This document shows positions 40,803 through 49,581 of a stretch of DNA of 64,000 nucleotides, piece after piece (position 1 is the first letter of the stretch; every line of letters begins with the position of its first letter). A model generated the notes under the pieces. That model saw only the letters and a program-made list of their open reading frames with translations, did no database searches and had not been told where the DNA came from. This stretch comes from Blastocatellia bacterium. GTDB lineage: Bacteria > Acidobacteriota > Blastocatellia > UBA7656. The position numbers and the translations under genes were made by a program. Location: the NCBI GenBank assembly GCA_049273855.1, contig JBASRN010000295.1, positions 3,931 to 67,930 on the forward strand, in the 5' to 3' direction.

Positions 40803-41360
40803 CTAATCAAATATCTCAGAAACGCGGCATCGAAACGCCGGCACTACATCGTCCAGGTCCAGTTCGCCGTTCCCGGTCAGGCTGAGTATTTCATTCTCTG
40901 GGCGATGGACCTTCACCGATTTCGTAGCCGGATCAAGCGTGGGCACGACCCTGACTCCAGCGCTCAGCCACATTGAGACCTTTTCTGCGACTTCGCGGAC
41001 GGTGTCTGACGGGGAGAGCGTTTCGACGACAAGGTCGGGAGCGAGTTCGAGATAGCGCCTCGTGTCGGCGCCAGCAGGGACTCGGCCCTTTGCGACAAAC
41101 GAAACGTCGGGAGCCAGCACTGTTGCCCGACCGTCTGTCGTGCGGGCGATGATGAAGCCGGTCTCTGCGGCGAGCACGTCCCCGAGGTCGTTGCTCCACA
41201 CGTGTACTGACAAAAACGTGTGGAATCTGCCTGTTGCCTTGCTGTGTTCGTAGCCTGCAGGAGACATCGGGCGCAATTCTCCTTCGATGAGTTCATAACG
41301 AGAGCCGCTGGGCATTCGCAATAGCTCGTCCTCGGTTATGAATCGCGCAATCGTGCTCAT
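40803..41360 (-). CDS. Uma2 family (DUF820) putative endonuclease
   Basis: YELIEGEL motif and conserved D/E...D...E...K pattern. Length 185 aa. Confidence 0.65.
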   Translation of the reverse strand: MSTIARFITEDELLRMPSGSRYELIEGELRPMSPAGYEHSKATGRFHTFLSVHVWSNDLGDVLAAETGFIIARTTDGRATVLAPDVSFVAKGRVPAGADTRRYLELAPDLVVETLSPSDTVREVAEKVSMWLSAGVRVVPTLDPATKSVKVHRPENEILSLTGNGELDLDDVVPAFRCRVSEIFD

Positions 41361-41464
41361 CTGGATTGTCCTTCGCCCGCTTCCTGCAAATTATCCAAAG
41401 TGTGTGGAGCTGTCAACACGACTCTTCGAGATGCTTCGAGATGCTTTGTCGGAGCATAGGTCGA

Positions 41465-42937
41465 TCATTTTCCCGAGATGGTTAGCGAAGTCAGAACGTA
41501 CTCATGACCGTTCGTTGCCTGAGCTCGAAGGGGAATTCCAAGCTGCGTGTGCACCCAGTAGTCGCAGGTGTCTTGTTCGAGTCGCAGCTTGTAATGCCGC
41601 GTCGGAAACTCTCCCGGTTCTGTCATGATGCTCTCGTCGCCAACAAAGTCGACGGTTGCCGGTAGAAGGATTCCCATCGCCTTGTCGAATTCAAAAGGCG
41701 AGATGTAGCCGGTTACTTGCTCGCGCGCTTTTTGGTCGCCTGTGCTAAACGCCCAACCCTTGGAGGCCATTGCCGGCGTCGAAAGGTAAAAGCGTGCTGG
41801 AACTTCGATCGTTTGCGCCACCACACCCGAGATGCTGCCGCGCATTCGAGCGGTCATCGTCTCGCCATCGAAGCTGAACCGCGTTCGTGTGCGGTCAGTG
41901 CCGCGCATTTTGGTAATTTCGGCGAACGAAGGGCGGCGCTTCGCATCGATCTTTTGAAACACCTCGGTGGTTAGTTCACCTGAGGTGATTCGGCTGTGGA
42001 CCAGGTAGCCGCCTTCAGCGGTGCTGAACAACTCGAACTCTTCTTTGCCAAACTCCTTGCTTGTCTGATCGCGGTATGAGTACGCGCCGCTTGCGAGTTT
42101 CGGCCCCCGATCCGTGCGGCCGTTGTGAACAAGTTGACGGCCGTTGAGAATTGCAGCGAGATCTTCTTCAATAGTCTTCGAAGCGGGCGTCTCGACTATT
42201 CGTCCGATCTCGTGTCCGTCTCGCTCGATGATCACCGTCGGAACGTTCGTGATCCGGCGGGGTTGAACTATTGCGACGGGCTTATGAAACTGATTGTCTA
42301 CGCCGACAAGCTTGACTTGAATCTTGTCGTTGCCCGCGTCGCGAAGCGCGCGAATGAGGCGCGGCACATAGTTCTTGCTGTCGGGGCACCAGGTCCCGAG
42401 TACCACTGTCACCGCCGTGGTCATGTGGCTCGCTTTGATCTCAGCGACCGCTTTGGAGTTGGCGCGGTAGCTCTCCATCACAGCGCGCCAGACGGGGACC
42501 GTCTCCCAGAGCTTGTCCACCGTCATCTCACCCGTCGCTCCCGGATGCGCGCGAATCAGGACAAGTTTCCCGTCAACGGTGAATGCGTACACAGGTCCAT
42601 CGACGCGAGTAAACTTGCCGAGCGTCTTGATCGGCGCTCCCTCTTTCGAGGTTGCGGTTGAACGATCCGCGGCAAAGCCGAACGTGTCCTTCGGGACGGA
42701 GCCGACGGTGCCTTCGTTAACGTCGAGCACAATGGCGCGTTCAAGCGTTGGAGAGATCAAGGCGAGTCGGGACGGCGAATCGCAGACCAGCACTTGTGCA
42801 GCCTGATCCCGCTCGTTGTCTATGTAGACATCGCGAGTCGAGTCGTTCCACTTGAGCGGGGCGCTTTTGTCTTCTTGAGCAGCAAATGCGAGGGTGAACG
42901 AGGCCAGAAGCGCGAGAGCAGTTTTATAAAGCTTCAT
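41465..42937 (-). CDS. secreted hypothetical protein with thioredoxin-like segment
   Basis: Signal peptide at the internal start MKLYKTALALLASFTLAFA. LGTWCPDSK thioredoxin-fold-like segment with a single Cys. Confidence 0.45.
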   Translation of the reverse strand: MKLYKTALALLASFTLAFAAQEDKSAPLKWNDSTRDVYIDNERDQAAQVLVCDSPSRLALISPTLERAIVLDVNEGTVGSVPKDTFGFAADRSTATSKEGAPIKTLGKFTRVDGPVYAFTVDGKLVLIRAHPGATGEMTVDKLWETVPVWRAVMESYRANSKAVAEIKASHMTTAVTVVLGTWCPDSKNYVPRLIRALRDAGNDKIQVKLVGVDNQFHKPVAIVQPRRITNVPTVIIERDGHEIGRIVETPASKTIEEDLAAILNGRQLVHNGRTDRGPKLASGAYSYRDQTSKEFGKEEFELFSTAEGGYLVHSRITSGELTTEVFQKIDAKRRPSFAEITKMRGTDRTRTRFSFDGETMTARMRGSISGVVAQTIEVPARFYLSTPAMASKGWAFSTGDQKAREQVTGYISPFEFDKAMGILLPATVDFVGDESIMTEPGEFPTRHYKLRLEQDTCDYWVHTQLGIPLRAQATNGHEYVLTSLTISGK

Positions 42938-42998
42938 CGTTTCTCTTTCCTGAAATACGGCGAGAATATCGCTACACCAGGTTCTCAAGGCGGATCGA

Positions 42999-43514
42999 TC
43001 ACCTCACACCGAGCAACTCAATGTCGAAAATGAGCGTAGCATTTGGTGGAATCTTGGGGGGGCTACCTTCGGGGCCATAACCCAGTTTGGCCGGGATAAT
43101 CAGCTTGCGCTTGCCGCCTACCTTCATGGTCATCACGCCTTCGTCCCAGCCTTTGATGACACCACCGGTGCCGATGCGAAACTCGAACGGCTGTCCACGA
43201 TCGACCGAGCTGTCGAACCTGGTTCCGTCCACAAGCGAGCCCGTGTAGTGCACGCTGACGTTCTTTCCGGCGGAGGGGCTTTCGCCTGTTCCGACGACCT
43301 CGTCGATGTACTTAAGCCCGGAAGGCGTAGTAATCTCGCCGCCCGCGCTGCCTCCGCTGCGAAGCGCCAGGAACGCGACGACGGCGATGACTATGGCAGC
43401 TATGATTCCGGAGGCGATGAACACCTTCTTCTTACTGCCTTTGTTTTTTGAAGAGTAGGTTGCGCGAGACGCGCCGCCGCCTCTTCTGGTCTTTCTCTTA
43501 CGGCTCTGAGGCAA
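42999..43514 (-). CDS. membrane-anchored FKBP-type peptidyl-prolyl cis-trans isomerase
   Basis: The C-terminal 110 aa give a strong FKBP match (GxxVxVHYTGxLxDGxxFDSS...LIFDIELL). N-terminal basic tail plus a TM helix. Confidence 0.8.
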   Translation of the reverse strand: MPQSRKRKTRRGGGASRATYSSKNKGSKKKVFIASGIIAAIVIAVVAFLALRSGGSAGGEITTPSGLKYIDEVVGTGESPSAGKNVSVHYTGSLVDGTRFDSSVDRGQPFEFRIGTGGVIKGWDEGVMTMKVGGKRKLIIPAKLGYGPEGSPPKIPPNATLIFDIELLGVR

Positions 43515-43715
43515 GTGTCATCTCCCTCAGCGATCTCATGGAATCGCGCCAAGCCTCCAGCGTTAGCATTCCCGCGTCGCGTCAATCAATCTTTTACCAC
43601 AAAGTAGTCCGTAGTCCGTAGTTAGAAGCCCGTAGATTAATCCAGTTCGCCAAGGTTCTTGATTTAGATATACTCTACAGACCACGGACTACTGACTACT
43701 GACTTGAGGAATTCG

Positions 43716-44771
43716 ATGATGAACAAGACGAGCCGATTCGACCGATCCCACGCTGTCGTGCTCATGATTGTACTGCTGACTGCCTTTGCCAACGCGCAGA
43801 CGCCCTACGTCACCAGATCGCGTCCGGATTCCGACGCTGCGCTTCAACGCCTGGAGCGCGAGATCGCGCGGCTTGCTAGAGTGTCGGGCGGCGTCGTTGG
43901 CGCGACAGCCATTCATCTGCAGACCGGGCGGCGAGTTGCGCTGAACGGGGCGGACCGATTCCCGATGGCGAGCACATTCAAGGTCCCGCTGGCAGTGCAG
44001 GTTCTGACGCGAGTCGACAAGGGGGAACTCAAGCTCGACCAGATGATCGAGATCAAGCTTAGCGATCTGCACCCGGGCAGCGGAACTCTCGTTGATCTGT
44101 TCAACACGCCGGGGCTTGCGCTGTCGGTTCGCAACTTGATGGAGCTGATGCTGCTGATCAGCGACAACAGCGCGACCGACATCCTGCTTCGTGAGGCGGG
44201 AGGCGGAGAGGCCGTCACCGCTCGGATGCGTTCGCTTGGGATCGACGGCGTAAACGTGAACCGCTCGTGCGCACGGCTAATCGCGGACTGGGTAGGGGTA
44301 ACGAATCTGCCGCCGGAAGAGACCTGGAGTCCCGAGATGTTCAAGCTCGTGTTCTCGACTGTGAAAGCAGAAGAGCAAAAGGCTGCGGCGAAGAAGTTCG
44401 AGCAAGACCCGCGTGACACCTCAACGCCTGACGGAATGGCCGCGTTGCTCGAACGAATCTATCGCAAAGACCTTCTCAAGTCTGAAACCGCCGAGTTGCT
44501 GTTAGACATTATGCGGCGGTGCAGAACCGGCCCGGCGAGGTTGCGAGGCATTTTGCCGGAAGGAACCGAGATCGCTCACAAGACGGGGACGATCGGCGGG
44601 ACCACAAACGACGTGGGCATTCTCACGTTGCCGGACGGGGCGGGGCACGTCGCCATCGCTGTGTTCGTGAAGGCTTCGGAAAAAGATGTTCCGGCTCGGG
44701 AGCGAGTCATCGCCGAAATCGCACGCGCGGTCCACGATTTCTTTCTGTTTCAGCCTCGATCCTCTTCTTGA
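43716..44771 (+). CDS. class A beta-lactamase family protein
   Basis: S-T-F-K, S-D-N and K-T-G motifs with class A spacing. Signal peptide. Start moved to MNKTS. Confidence 0.8.
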   Translation: MMNKTSRFDRSHAVVLMIVLLTAFANAQTPYVTRSRPDSDAALQRLEREIARLARVSGGVVGATAIHLQTGRRVALNGADRFPMASTFKVPLAVQVLTRVDKGELKLDQMIEIKLSDLHPGSGTLVDLFNTPGLALSVRNLMELMLLISDNSATDILLREAGGGEAVTARMRSLGIDGVNVNRSCARLIADWVGVTNLPPEETWSPEMFKLVFSTVKAEEQKAAAKKFEQDPRDTSTPDGMAALLERIYRKDLLKSETAELLLDIMRRCRTGPARLRGILPEGTEIAHKTGTIGGTTNDVGILTLPDGAGHVAIAVFVKASEKDVPARERVIAEIARAVHDFFLFQPRSSS

Positions 44772-45055
44772 AAGAGCCCGTGATTATTGCCCGGCGGCGC
44801 AAATCCACTATCTCTGCTCGCGGCGTAGTTACGGGTGACGCCATAGAAGGGTGTCAGGTTTATCCGGGAAGTCCTTTGAGCAGAGATTGCTTTTCTCGGA
44901 ATCAGCATTATCCTTGTAACCGATAAACTCGGCTGTCCACCGACGCGACGCCATAACAGCGCTCGACCACGCCGAGCTTGAGATCAAGCGGTTGGAAATC
45001 GCAATGCGGCTGATCGGTCGCTTGAGTAATCACGTCAAAAAGGAGTGAACCACTA

Positions 45056-45535
45056 ATGCGGAAGACTTTGATCGTAATAGCAATCGCGGCGGCAGTCGCG
45101 CTGGCGGGTCTGAACGCCCCGGCGTCCGCGGCTGACGACAAGAGGATGGGCAAGGCGCCAAAGGCCAAGTCGCTCTATTCGCGGCTCGGCGGGAGGAAGG
45201 GTATCACCAGCGTCGTCGAAGAGTTCGTTAACAACTGTGCCACGGACACCCGCATCAACAAGTTCTTTGCGGACACGGCGAAGGACCCGGACCGACTGGC
45301 TAAGTTCAAAGCGAACCTGGTCGACCAGATCTGCAACGCCTCGGGCGGGCCGTGCAAGTACAAGGGCAAGAACATGAAGACGGCGCATATGGGCATGGGT
45401 ATTACTGACGCGGATTTCAACGCGCTTGTAGAGGACCTTGTAAAGGCGCTGGACAAGTACAATGTGGGCGCCACCGAGAAGAACGAATTACTAGGGGCGC
45501 TCGGCGGGATGAAGGGCGACATCATCGGACAGTAA
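45056..45535 (+). CDS. truncated haemoglobin (group I, trHbN-like) with N-terminal signal peptide
   Basis: SLYSRLGG (B10 Tyr region) and a proximal His in KTAHMGMGI. Preceded by MRKTLIVIAIAAAVALAGLNAPASA. Confidence 0.75.
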   Translation: MRKTLIVIAIAAAVALAGLNAPASAADDKRMGKAPKAKSLYSRLGGRKGITSVVEEFVNNCATDTRINKFFADTAKDPDRLAKFKANLVDQICNASGGPCKYKGKNMKTAHMGMGITDADFNALVEDLVKALDKYNVGATEKNELLGALGGMKGDIIGQ

Positions 45536-45671
45536 GCCGACTGCGGTGACACCTTGCGTTCTTGAACTTGGAGATGCCTGCGGAGAGTGAATCACTCCGC
45601 AGGCGTCACACTTTTGCACCCTCGACTCGTGAGTCCGGAATCACACTCAAGTCCATCCAGCTAGAACGGGA

Positions 45672-48600
45672 TTAGAAAGAATACTTGAGCGCGAACTGAA
45701 TGGTTCGCTGTGGCAGCCGCGTATCAACGAAGTGCTTTTCGCTTATCGCCTCGTCCGTCAGGTTCCCGAAGAACAATTGATGTACAGGTATGCCGAAATG
45801 CACCCTGTTAAACAGGTTGAAAACCTCGGTTCGGACTTCAAGCCTTTGATGCTCGCCGAATCGGAAGTTCTTGTTCAAAGCCATATCTACTTTTTCAATG
45901 CCTGGCGCTCGGAAGGAGTTGCGAGTGCCGATCCGGTCCGTCAGATTGCCGTCGAGGTTTACGTCGCAGCAATTCAGGAGCGTATAAGGCTGGCCCGTCT
46001 GGAACGTGCCTATACTGGCAAGCTGCCACCCGCCGAGAATACTGTTCTCCCTGAAGACGGGAAGATCCCAGATGAAGCTATAGACAAACCGATGGCGCAC
46101 GTCGAAGCCGGCGTCAGCGCGTTCCGCACGGCGGTCAAAGCTGTCTTGCGGCAGCGCCCGCGTTCCCGCGAGGTCGAATAGGTCCGACGCTTCGTCGATG
46201 GCGTGGGACCAGGTGTAAGCGGTCGTAAATTGAATCCCGTTTGAGAACCGCTTGAGGAGTTGAAGCTGCAAGGAATGATAACTCGAGTTAGCATCCGACT
46301 CGAATGTGGTGATTGAGCCGAGCAACGGAAACGGCCTGCCGAAAGCCGGCGGCACGACTATACCATTAAAGATCGGAAAACAAGTCAGAATATTCTCCGA
46401 ATTGCAATCGTTCCGGACCTGGATGCTATCAACGATTGGTATAGAATTCGGCCCCAGGTTAGGCGTTGCGGTCCTGAGCAAATGCGTTCCTTTTGTTCCC
46501 ACGTACGCGACCGAGGCGAGGAAGTCCCTCATGAACGCCTGCTCGATCGTGATTCCCCAGTGGTGAGCGTACGGGGTCACCAAATCAGCCGCAGGCAAAA
46601 CGAAGGTCGGCGCGCTCGCGAAAGCGGTCGCGAGTTCCTGCTGCAAGATGAAAATAAATGGGTCCGGGTTACTTTGAGAATCGAAGGTGTTCAGAGTGCC
46701 CGGGGCGGCGATGCTCGCAGGGTTACTCAGCCTGAGATTTTGAAGAAGGGGCGCGCCTTCGCCGACGTCTCGGATCCCGCCGGCGAAGTTGAGGTTCAGG
46801 AAGCTCGGAAAAACGCCGCTCGATTGGCTGATGACAAAGCCGGGAATCTGATCATAGTAGATGCCGTAGCCCGCGCGAATCGAAGTCGTGCCTTTCCCGA
46901 ACGGATCCCAGGCGAACGCTACGTGAGGTGCCACGTTGTTATTGTCTTGCTCGTAGATCTTCGTGCGCCCGCCGAGGAATTGCTCGAGACCGGAGACGTC
47001 CCTGTTGCGATTGTTTCGCATGAAATCGCGCTCGAACGCGATAAAGTCTTTGACCGGCTGGGAGTCGAAGGTTGATTCTATCCGCTGGTCAACTTCGGTC
47101 GGAACGGTGTTAAGCTCGTACCTCACGCCGAGGGTAAGCGTGAAGTTGGAGCCGAGTCTCATCTGATCGGAGAAGAAGAAATCGTTTTGCAGGTAGCGCA
47201 GCCTTATGGTCGGGTCAGAGACCGTCGATTGGGTCTGGAAGAAGCCCGTCGGAGCACCCACTGCAACAAAGTCTCTGCCTAAAAGAAAACCTGAGACAGC
47301 AGAAGAAAACTCGTCAGTGATCCTCCCCGGCCGAGAACCGGGTAGATTGTCTACCACGTTGGAAAGATCTTTTGACGCGCTGAAAACCGCAAGCGGACGC
47401 GAGTTCCTGTCCAGCCGGTTATCCAACTGATTTTGGCGTATATCGAAACCGGCCGTGAACCGGTGTCGCTGTCTGTTGTAGACGAGGGTGTCGGCGTACT
47501 GAAACGTGTTATTGGTTCTCGCTTGCGGAAAGTAGAATACGTCCACGCCGATGGGGCTGTAGCCTGAGACCCTGACCTGCCCCAGAGGGCCTGTGATCCG
47601 TTCCGTATTAGGGGCAGTCAGGAACGTCCGGAAGCTCGGATCATCACCGGGTAAGGAAAAGTTCTGAAGGAGTGGCGCGTTCAGGAGGAAAGGCACATCC
47701 GGAAACTGCTCGGATGGGAGCAACATTGGATTTCGGACTTCTTCGAAATTCAGGCTTGTCCTCCCATATGAAAACCGCGCCTGGTTGGCGACGTTGTTGG
47801 AAAGAGCGCTGCTAAACGAAAGAGCAAAGTTCTGCGTGCGAATGAGCGCCCTCAACGAGGAAAAAATCGCCTCACCGGTGACCGGAAGAATCGTGTTGTC
47901 ATCGGTAAAATTGTACCTTCCCATCAGAGTGTGGTTCTTTCCAATGTTATGATCGAGCTTGCCAGAAAAGATTGTCCCATCGGCTGATGCTGGAAGCACT
48001 TCTGTAAAAGTATTGGGACCGTAAGGGCCGATTGGGTTATTCGGAAATGGGAAGAGGCTGAAGAACGCATCTCCCGCGCTGCTGGTCGGAAACAGCTCTT
48101 TGATTACCCCGTCGACCGAAACAGGGAAGCCGGTGGCACCGGTATTGAACAAACCTCGTTCGGCCACTGTCGGCACCGCGAAATGTGATTCCCTGCTTGC
48201 GTTAATGTCTTGATGCTCGAAAGATGCAAAGAAGTGTGTCTTTCGGTTAACAAGTGGCCCGCCAATAACGAAGCCGTATTGCGCGCGTGTGAAGGAATTC
48301 TCGTCGTCTACGGGATTGTCGACGGTCAGATCCTGTCCATTCAATTGGACTGTTCTTCCATTGGCAACAAGTGTTGTGCTAGCCGGCCCTCCTGCGAAAT
48401 CGAAGGGGTCGCGAGCTCTCAGTCGCTTATCCGTAAGAAAGCCATACACCGTTCCGTGATAACCCCCTCCGCCCGAGCGAGAGACTGCATTTACCTGCGC
48501 ACCCAGGTTTCGGCCATATTGTGGCTCGGGCAGCAGAGTTGAGATTTGGAATTCCTGGATGCTTTCGATTGACTGCGGTATGAGCGAGGTGAAACCCTGG

Positions 48601-49406
48601 CGGCGCACGCCTATTTCTTCATCGTTGTTATCCGACCCATCAATGGTAAAGTTGTTGGAACGGCTACGCAACCCGTTGACCGAGAACTGCCCGGAACTGC
48701 CGACGCCCGGTCCGATGCCAGGCCCAACGGTTGTGCCAATCGCTTGAGGCGCAGCAAAGACCCCGGGGACCAAAAAAGCCAGGTCGTCAAAAGTGCGCAC
48801 GCCGGGCAACGGAAGCGTCAACAGAGGCAACTCGCCGAAGCTTCCGCCTCGAGTTGCGTTCGTCGTATTCACCAGCAGGGAAACATCGGATTCATCCCGG
48901 GCTGAAACTTGCCTCGGCGGCTGCACAGGAGGTTGAGCAACAGGCGGGCTGGTAGGTTGTGGCTGCGGAGTAGAAGGCGCGGGCGTCGTGGGCTGAGAAG
49001 TCGTAGGCTGAGATGGAGCGGCGGTCTTGCGTAGGATGATCGGAGGGGGCTGGTCCGCCTTTTCCGTGTTGGTGATGTGTATCAAAAAGCCCGTGATTAT
49101 TGAGTTCTTCGGGTCAGGGTCGTTCTCATAGCCCTGGAGTGATGCCGAGATTCGGTATCTGCCGGCCGGCAAGATGCCGACGTAGTAATAGCCCTCGTTG
49201 TCGGTGACAATAGATCGCTCGAGCCCAATATCTTCATGGGTGACCGTCACCACGGCGCCCGGCAGCGGAGCGATGGAAACAGCTTCGAAAACACGTCCCT
49301 GGATAGCACCGGTGTTCTGTGTCTGCGCCTTCAGATGTGGAACGTATGATGTTGCTATCGCAAGTGCCAGCAAAACTGAGAACAGCTTTCCACCAACTCT
49401 AGTCAT
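45672..49406 (-). CDS. TonB-dependent outer-membrane receptor with N-terminal carboxypeptidase-regulatory-like domain and Pro/Thr-rich linker
   Basis: Signal peptide. CarboxypepD_reg-like beta-sandwich. P/T/Q linker. Plug plus a large barrel ending in a C-terminal aromatic (..KYSF). Confidence 0.8.
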   Translation of the reverse strand: MTRVGGKLFSVLLALAIATSYVPHLKAQTQNTGAIQGRVFEAVSIAPLPGAVVTVTHEDIGLERSIVTDNEGYYYVGILPAGRYRISASLQGYENDPDPKNSIITGFLIHITNTEKADQPPPIILRKTAAPSQPTTSQPTTPAPSTPQPQPTSPPVAQPPVQPPRQVSARDESDVSLLVNTTNATRGGSFGELPLLTLPLPGVRTFDDLAFLVPGVFAAPQAIGTTVGPGIGPGVGSSGQFSVNGLRSRSNNFTIDGSDNNDEEIGVRRQGFTSLIPQSIESIQEFQISTLLPEPQYGRNLGAQVNAVSRSGGGGYHGTVYGFLTDKRLRARDPFDFAGGPASTTLVANGRTVQLNGQDLTVDNPVDDENSFTRAQYGFVIGGPLVNRKTHFFASFEHQDINASRESHFAVPTVAERGLFNTGATGFPVSVDGVIKELFPTSSAGDAFFSLFPFPNNPIGPYGPNTFTEVLPASADGTIFSGKLDHNIGKNHTLMGRYNFTDDNTILPVTGEAIFSSLRALIRTQNFALSFSSALSNNVANQARFSYGRTSLNFEEVRNPMLLPSEQFPDVPFLLNAPLLQNFSLPGDDPSFRTFLTAPNTERITGPLGQVRVSGYSPIGVDVFYFPQARTNNTFQYADTLVYNRQRHRFTAGFDIRQNQLDNRLDRNSRPLAVFSASKDLSNVVDNLPGSRPGRITDEFSSAVSGFLLGRDFVAVGAPTGFFQTQSTVSDPTIRLRYLQNDFFFSDQMRLGSNFTLTLGVRYELNTVPTEVDQRIESTFDSQPVKDFIAFERDFMRNNRNRDVSGLEQFLGGRTKIYEQDNNNVAPHVAFAWDPFGKGTTSIRAGYGIYYDQIPGFVISQSSGVFPSFLNLNFAGGIRDVGEGAPLLQNLRLSNPASIAAPGTLNTFDSQSNPDPFIFILQQELATAFASAPTFVLPAADLVTPYAHHWGITIEQAFMRDFLASVAYVGTKGTHLLRTATPNLGPNSIPIVDSIQVRNDCNSENILTCFPIFNGIVVPPAFGRPFPLLGSITTFESDANSSYHSLQLQLLKRFSNGIQFTTAYTWSHAIDEASDLFDLAGTRALPQDSFDRRAERADAGFDVRHRFVYSFIWDLPVFRENSILGGWQLASIGTFQTGQPYTLLNCCDVNLDGNLTDRIGTRNSFRAPGIEKVDMALNKNFRFGEHQRLEVRTEVFNLFNRVHFGIPVHQLFFGNLTDEAISEKHFVDTRLPQRTIQFALKYSF

Positions 49407-49581
49407 ATTACCCTCCCAGGTTGTAAACAACTTCCGTTAGTGTGGCGAAGAAAGCCCGCTAGCCTCGGGGAAGAGTTGAGTTCTGTAAAAACTCGGCAGG
49501 CGAGCCGAACGCAGAATATCACGAGAGTACTACCGCATCAATACAGACTCGCGGACATACAGACTCGCGGAAGAGGGGCAA

